Translations under genes and position numbers: made by a program
The notes under the pieces: generated by a model
Databases searched by the model: none
What the model was told of the DNA's origin: nothing
Seen by the model: the letters and a program-made list of their open reading frames with translations, nothing else
Origin: a bacterium
Lineage (GTDB): Bacteria; Pseudomonadota; Alphaproteobacteria; Caulobacterales; Caulobacteraceae
Assembly (NCBI GenBank): GCA_006515835.1
Contig: VFBG01000002.1
Location: forward strand, 1-48,442
DNA: 48,442 nt
Direction: 5' to 3'
In this document: in pieces, positions 44,089 to 48,442 of the stretch
Layout: each line of letters begins with the position of its first letter
Position numbering within the stretch: the first letter of the stretch is position 1

Positions 44089-44558
44089 TGGCGTCCACAG
44101 CCCCCAAGATGAAGATCATCGCCGAGAACCGGCGAGCGAAATTCGACTATTTCCTCGAGGACTATGTCGAGGCCGGCATCATGCTGCTCGGCACCGAGAT
44201 CAAGGCCCTGCGCGACGGCCGGGCCAATATCGCCGAAAGCTATGCGGCGGTGGAGGGGCGCGAGATCGTGCTCGTGAACGCCGATATCCCGCCCTACAAA
44301 CAGGCCAACCGCTTCAATCACGAGCCGCGGCGGCACCGGAAGCTGCTGCTGCACCGCAAGCAGATCGACAAGCTGATCGGCGCCGTCCAGCGCGACGGCC
44401 AGACCATCATTCCGGTCAAGCTCTACCTGAACGAGGCGGGCAAGGCGAAGATCGAGATCGCCCTGGCCAAGGGCAAGAAGCTGCACGACAAGCGCGAGGC
44501 CACGGCCCAGCGCGACTGGCAGCGTGACAAGGCCCGGTTGATGAAGGACCGGGGGTAG
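44088..44558 (+). CDS. smpB: SsrA-binding protein
   Basis: [33 protein letters not shown]; TGATG coupling to dapA. Confidence 0.97.
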   Translation: MASTAPKMKIIAENRRAKFDYFLEDYVEAGIMLLGTEIKALRDGRANIAESYAAVEGREIVLVNADIPPYKQANRFNHEPRRHRKLLLHRKQIDKLIGAVQRDGQTIIPVKLYLNEAGKAKIEIALAKGKKLHDKREATAQRDWQRDKARLMKDRG

Positions 44559-44559
44559 G

Positions 44560-44775
44560 TCAGCCCAGCGGCTGGCCCAGGTCGATCATCGGCTGGGCGT
44601 CCACGACGCCGGGGGGCGGGGCGGTCATATAGGCTTCGTACCCGCCCGGGCCCACCGAGGGCTGGCTCCATTGCTGGATCACCATGCCCATGACGGCGAT
44701 CAGGCCCGCCATCAGCAGCGCCCACAGCGCTGTCTTCCGTTCCTGAGGTGAAAAGACCCCGTTCGACCCACGCAT
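44560..44775 (-). CDS. 71-aa single-TM hypothetical protein
   Basis: MRGSNGVFSPQERKTALWALLMAGLIAVMGMVIQQW..; GGAGG SD at 44782-44786 and a sigmaT-type promoter upstream. Confidence 0.68.
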   Translation of the reverse strand: MRGSNGVFSPQERKTALWALLMAGLIAVMGMVIQQWSQPSVGPGGYEAYMTAPPPGVVDAQPMIDLGQPLG

Positions 44776-44800
44776 CACAGCCCTCCAAAGCTGTTCGATC

Positions 44801-44825
44801 AACGCAAGGTACGCAGCACTGTTCC
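44801..44825 (-). promoter_or_regulatory. sigmaT/EcfG general stress response promoter
   Basis: Minus strand reads GGAAC-AGTGCTGCGTACCTTG-CGTT, i.e. GGAAC-N16-CGTT. Confidence 0.75.
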
Positions 44826-44906
44826 TGACAGACGACGCTACACCCGGCACCTGCTGATTCGCGTGGCAGGAGAGCCACACTCGCCGGTTTGGAGAGCAGT
44901 GTTCGG

Positions 44907-45584
44907 TCAGGACTCGATGATTTCGCGGGCGCGCCGGAAGATGGCCTCGAACATGGCGGGTGTCAGCCGGCCGGTGTTCGTGTTGAGCCGGGAGCAGTGA
45001 TAGCTGTTCAGGATCACATAGCCGCCCAGCGCCGCCTCGACGCCGTGGCCGGGCGGTGCCGCAGAGCCCGACAGGCCGAGGGCCTTCAGCACATTGCGGC
45101 GCGAGACGTCGCCGAGGGTAACGATGACCTTGAGCCGGGGCAGGGCGGCGAGCCGCGCAGTCAGAAAGGGGCGGCAGGTCGCCTCCTCGACCGGCAGGGG
45201 CTTGTTGCCGGGCGGGGCGCAGCGGACGGCGTTGGTGATCATGCAATCGACCAGCTGAAGCGTGTCGTCGGGCCGGGCCTCGTAACGGCCGGTGGCGAAA
45301 CCCGTCTTGATGAGGGTTTCGTAGAGGATGACGCCGGCGCCATCCCCCGTGAACGGGCGGCCCGTGCGGTTGGCGCCGGTGCGGCCGGGGGCGAGGCCCG
45401 CGACCAGCAGACGGGCGTCCGGGTCGCCGAAGGACGGGGCGGGACCGTTGAACCAGTCGGGGTTCTGACGCTGGTTCTCGCAGCGGTATTCCACCAGACG
45501 GGGGCAGAGGGGGCAGTCGCGGGGCGGTTCGGAGGGTGTGGACGGCAAGGCGGGCGAATCCTTCGGCGAGGGGCGGGCGCGCAT
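44907..45584 (-). CDS. uracil-DNA glycosylase (Fe-S, family 5/UdgB-like)
   Basis: CPLCPRL, GLAPGRTGANRTGRPFTGD, VRCAPPGNKP, SYHCSRLNTNTG; start uncertain. Confidence 0.9.
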   Translation of the reverse strand: MRARPSPKDSPALPSTPSEPPRDCPLCPRLVEYRCENQRQNPDWFNGPAPSFGDPDARLLVAGLAPGRTGANRTGRPFTGDGAGVILYETLIKTGFATGRYEARPDDTLQLVDCMITNAVRCAPPGNKPLPVEEATCRPFLTARLAALPRLKVIVTLGDVSRRNVLKALGLSGSAAPPGHGVEAALGGYVILNSYHCSRLNTNTGRLTPAMFEAIFRRAREIIES

Positions 45585-45609
45585 GTCCTCATTGGTGTAT
45601 TACGGGGGG

Positions 45610-46167
45610 ATGGAGAAGCCCGGCTCGCAGCAGAAAGCGCCGCCGCCCGTTCCGCTCGACGGCGCGGCCGGGCTGGACGACGCGGTCATCGTGGCGCTGG
45701 GTTGCAACGATTGCGGGGTCTGGAAGGACTGCCGAGAGGCGCTGGAGGCGGCGCTGGCGCGGTTCCGGGCCGAGGGGATCGATGTCGTGGCGCGGTCGTC
45801 CTGGTGGCGTTCGGCGGCCTGGCCCGACCCGACCGATCCGCCGTTCCTGAACGGGGTGGTGATCATCCAGACCGCACACGGCCCGCATGAACTGATGGCG
45901 GCGCTGGGCCGGATCGAGGAGGCGTTCGGGCGGCAGAGGGGTGCCGCCAATGCGCCGCGGACGCTGGATCTTGATCTGATCGCCTATGGGCGGACGACCG
46001 GAGACCTCGACGGCCTGATCCTGCCGCACCCGCGTGCGGCGGTGCGCCGGTTCGTTATGGGACCGCTGGCGGAGATCGCGCCGGGGTGGAGGCATCCCGA
46101 CGGAAAGACGGCGGAGGCGCTGTCCGCGTCGGCTTCGGTCGGAAAAGACGCGACTCCGCTGGGTTGA
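45610..46167 (+). CDS. folK: 2-amino-4-hydroxy-6-hydroxymethyldihydropteridine pyrophosphokinase
   Basis: [42 protein letters not shown]; start uncertain. Confidence 0.92.
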   Translation: MEKPGSQQKAPPPVPLDGAAGLDDAVIVALGCNDCGVWKDCREALEAALARFRAEGIDVVARSSWWRSAAWPDPTDPPFLNGVVIIQTAHGPHELMAALGRIEEAFGRQRGAANAPRTLDLDLIAYGRTTGDLDGLILPHPRAAVRRFVMGPLAEIAPGWRHPDGKTAEALSASASVGKDATPLG

Positions 46168-46252
46168 CGCCTCATTCCCGCCCATGCGGCGTTGCACAAT
46201 TCAGCCTGACCCTATAGTTTGTGCGGTTCTCCCCCCGCGCCCGAGGATATTC

Positions 46253-46612
46253 ATGGCTCGCGTCACTGTCGAAGACTGCATCGAGAAGGTGCCGAACCGG
46301 TTCGGCCTGGTCCTGCTGGCCGGCAACCGCGCCCGCGCGATCGCCAATGGCGCGCCGCTGACCCTCGATCGGGACAACGACAAGAACCCCGTCGTGGCCC
46401 TGCGCGAACTGGCCGATGCGACTGTCGTGCCGGACGAGCTGCGCGAGACGGTCATCGTGGCGCTGCAACGCGTCGACGAGCGCACCGAAGCCGAGGACGA
46501 GGCGGAAATCGTGGGCCTGCTGGCTGAACCCCAGCACATGAACATGGCCGAGGCCGAGCTGATCCGCGCGCTGCAAAGCGACCGGGACGGCGGGCAGGAG
46601 GAACGCTACTGA
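46253..46612 (+). CDS. rpoZ: RNA polymerase omega subunit
   Basis: [29 protein letters not shown]; GAGGA SD. Confidence 0.97.
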   Translation: MARVTVEDCIEKVPNRFGLVLLAGNRARAIANGAPLTLDRDNDKNPVVALRELADATVVPDELRETVIVALQRVDERTEAEDEAEIVGLLAEPQHMNMAEAELIRALQSDRDGGQEERY

Positions 46613-48442
46613 CGGCGGACCCCGCCAACGGTATCACCATCCTGCCGGCGCGGCAGCCCGCGCCCACGCCCGAACCCGCCAATCTGAACGATCCCGGCGG
46701 ACCACGTCCTCACGTGGACCCGGAACCCCATCCCCGCTCAAGGGTGCTGCGCCAGTTCGAACTGGTGGAGGCCGTGCGCGCCTATGATCCCACCGCGGAC
46801 GAGGCGCTGCTGAACCGCGCCTATGTCTATGCGATGAAGATGCACGGCTCGCAGCTGCGGGCATCGGGCGATCCCTATTTCGCCCATCCGATCCAGGTCG
46901 CGGGCATCCTGACCGACTACCGGCTGGACACCGCCACCATCGTCACCGCCCTGCTGCATGACGTGGTCGAGGACACCTCGGCGACCCGCGACGACATTGC
47001 CGAACGCTTCGGCGAGGAGGTCGCCTCGCTGGTCGAGGGCGTGACCAAGCTGTCGCGGCTGGAGCTTCAGGCCGAGCACACGCGCCAAGCCGAGAACCTG
47101 CGCAAATTCATCCTCGCCATTTCGAAGGACGTCCGCGTCCTGCTGGTGAAGCTGGCCGACCGTCTGCACAACATGCGGACGCTGAAGCACGTCAAGCCGG
47201 AGAAGCGCGAGCGGATCAGCCGCGAGACGCTGGAGGTCTATGCGCCGCTGGGCCGGTCGATCGGCATCCACTCGATCGCGTCCGAGCTGGAAGAGCTGGC
47301 GTTCGAGCATCTGAACCCCACCGCCCGGACCGCCATCGAACGGCGGCTGGAGGCGTTGAAGCTGGAGCACGGGCGCGCCATCGACGGCGTTTCCCGCGAG
47401 GTCGAGCGGGTGCTGCGGGAGGCCGGGGTCCGGGCCAAAGTGTTCGGCCGACAGAAGACGCCTTATTCGATCTGGCGCAAGCTGCAACGCAAGTCGGTGG
47501 GCTTTTCGTCCCTGTCCGACATCTACGGCTTCCGGGTCATCGTCGAGGCCGAGGACGACTGCTACCGGGCGCTGGGCGTCATCCATCGCGCCTGGCCGAT
47601 GGTGCCGGAGCGGTTCAAGGACTTCATCTCGACGCCCAAGTCCAACAACTATCGCTCGCTGCACACGACCGTGGTCGGGCCATCGGGCCTGCGCATCGAG
47701 ATGCAGATCCGCACCGAGCCGATGGATCGGGTCGCCGAGGACGGGGTGGCGGCGCACTGGGCCTACAAGAACAAGTCGTACGGCTTCGACAAGGAGGCCA
47801 TGGAGCAGGACGGCGGTCGCGATCCGCTTCAGAACCTCCGCCATCTCGTGCAGGTGATCGAGCACGGCGAAGGCGGCGAGGACTGGGTCGAGCACGCCAA
47901 GCTGGAGATGTATCTCGAGCAGGTCTTCGTGTTCACGCCCAAGGGCTCGCTGATCACCCTGCCGCGCGGCGGCATGCCGCTGGACTTCGCCTATGCGGTC
48001 CACACCGAGGTCGGGGACACGGCCGTCGGGGTGAAGATCAACGGCGAGCTCAAGCCGATGCGGACCCAGCTGCAGAACGGCGATGTGGTCGAGATCGTGC
48101 GCGGTGCAAAACGGGAAATTCCGGTCGACTGGCGATCCCTGACCATCACGGGCCGGGCGCGGTCGGCGATCCGCCGGCACATCCGGACCTCGGAACGCGG
48201 CGAGTTCCAGAAGCTGGGCCGCGCCACCCTGGACCAGACCCTGTCGCGCGCCGGCAAGACCCTGGCCGAGGTGTCGCTGAAGGCCATGCTGGAGACCTTC
48301 GCCTTCGCTTCGGAGGACGATCTCTACGAAGCCATCGGCCGCGGGCGCGTCTCGGCGGCCAAGGTCGGCGAGACGCTGTTCCCGGCGCTGAAGGGACGGC
48401 TGAAGGCCGGTCCGGACCGCAAGCGGATCGCCGATGAGCAGG
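46609..48442 (+). CDS. spoT: bifunctional (p)ppGpp synthetase/hydrolase, truncated by the window end
   Basis: Translated by hand: [27 protein letters not shown] (HD), [28 protein letters not shown] domain ([17 protein letters not shown]). Start may be CTG 46609, GTG 46714 or GTG 46744. Confidence 0.95.
   Translation, partial: MTADPANGITILPARQPAPTPEPANLNDPGGPRPHVDPEPHPRSRVLRQFELVEAVRAYDPTADEALLNRAYVYAMKMHGSQLRASGDPYFAHPIQVAGILTDYRLDTATIVTALLHDVVEDTSATRDDIAERFGEEVASLVEGVTKLSRLELQAEHTRQAENLRKFILAISKDVRVLLVKLADRLHNMRTLKHVKPEKRERISRETLEVYAPLGRSIGIHSIASELEELAFEHLNPTARTAIERRLEALKLEHGRAIDGVSREVERVLREAGVRAKVFGRQKTPYSIWRKLQRKSVGFSSLSDIYGFRVIVEAEDDCYRALGVIHRAWPMVPERFKDFISTPKSNNYRSLHTTVVGPSGLRIEMQIRTEPMDRVAEDGVAAHWAYKNKSYGFDKEAMEQDGGRDPLQNLRHLVQVIEHGEGGEDWVEHAKLEMYLEQVFVFTPKGSLITLPRGGMPLDFAYAVHTEVGDTAVGVKINGELKPMRTQLQNGDVVEIVRGAKREIPVDWRSLTITGRARSAIRRHIRTSERGEFQKLGRATLDQTLSRAGKTLAEVSLKAMLETFAFASEDDLYEAIGRGRVSAAKVGETLFPALKGRLKAGPDRKRIADEQ

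Overview
GC-rich alphaproteobacterial chromosome segment, almost certainly Caulobacteraceae and probably Brevundimonas-like (inferred from popZ, the pcm-tolC-popZ-valS order, sidA-dnaE, and GAAC-N7-GAAC LexA boxes). It is mostly core genome: tRNA-Cys, pcm, tolC, popZ, valS, tlyA, rlmD, tRNA-Leu, hrpB, rpsB-tsf, mce, proS-lolE-lolD, dnaE, a Btu/Fec-type ABC importer, slt, dapA-smpB, udg, folK-rpoZ and a spoT that runs off the window. I see no prophage, IS, CRISPR array or defence island, and no clear-cut new multi-gene system. Signals missing from the supplied ORF track: (1) a 29-aa SidA division-inhibitor ORF under two tandem LexA boxes, directly upstream of dnaE; (2) five frameshifted accessory genes (one by an exact 19-nt tandem duplication) plus several probable in-frame deletions, while every essential gene is intact, which suggests real gene decay; (3) a cruciform-forming palindromic element fused to the 3' end of tRNA-Leu; (4) a probable CTG start for spoT, coupled to rpoZ; (5) several small proteins, one with a textbook sigmaT/EcfG promoter. 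All family assignments come from motif recognition, not database searches.
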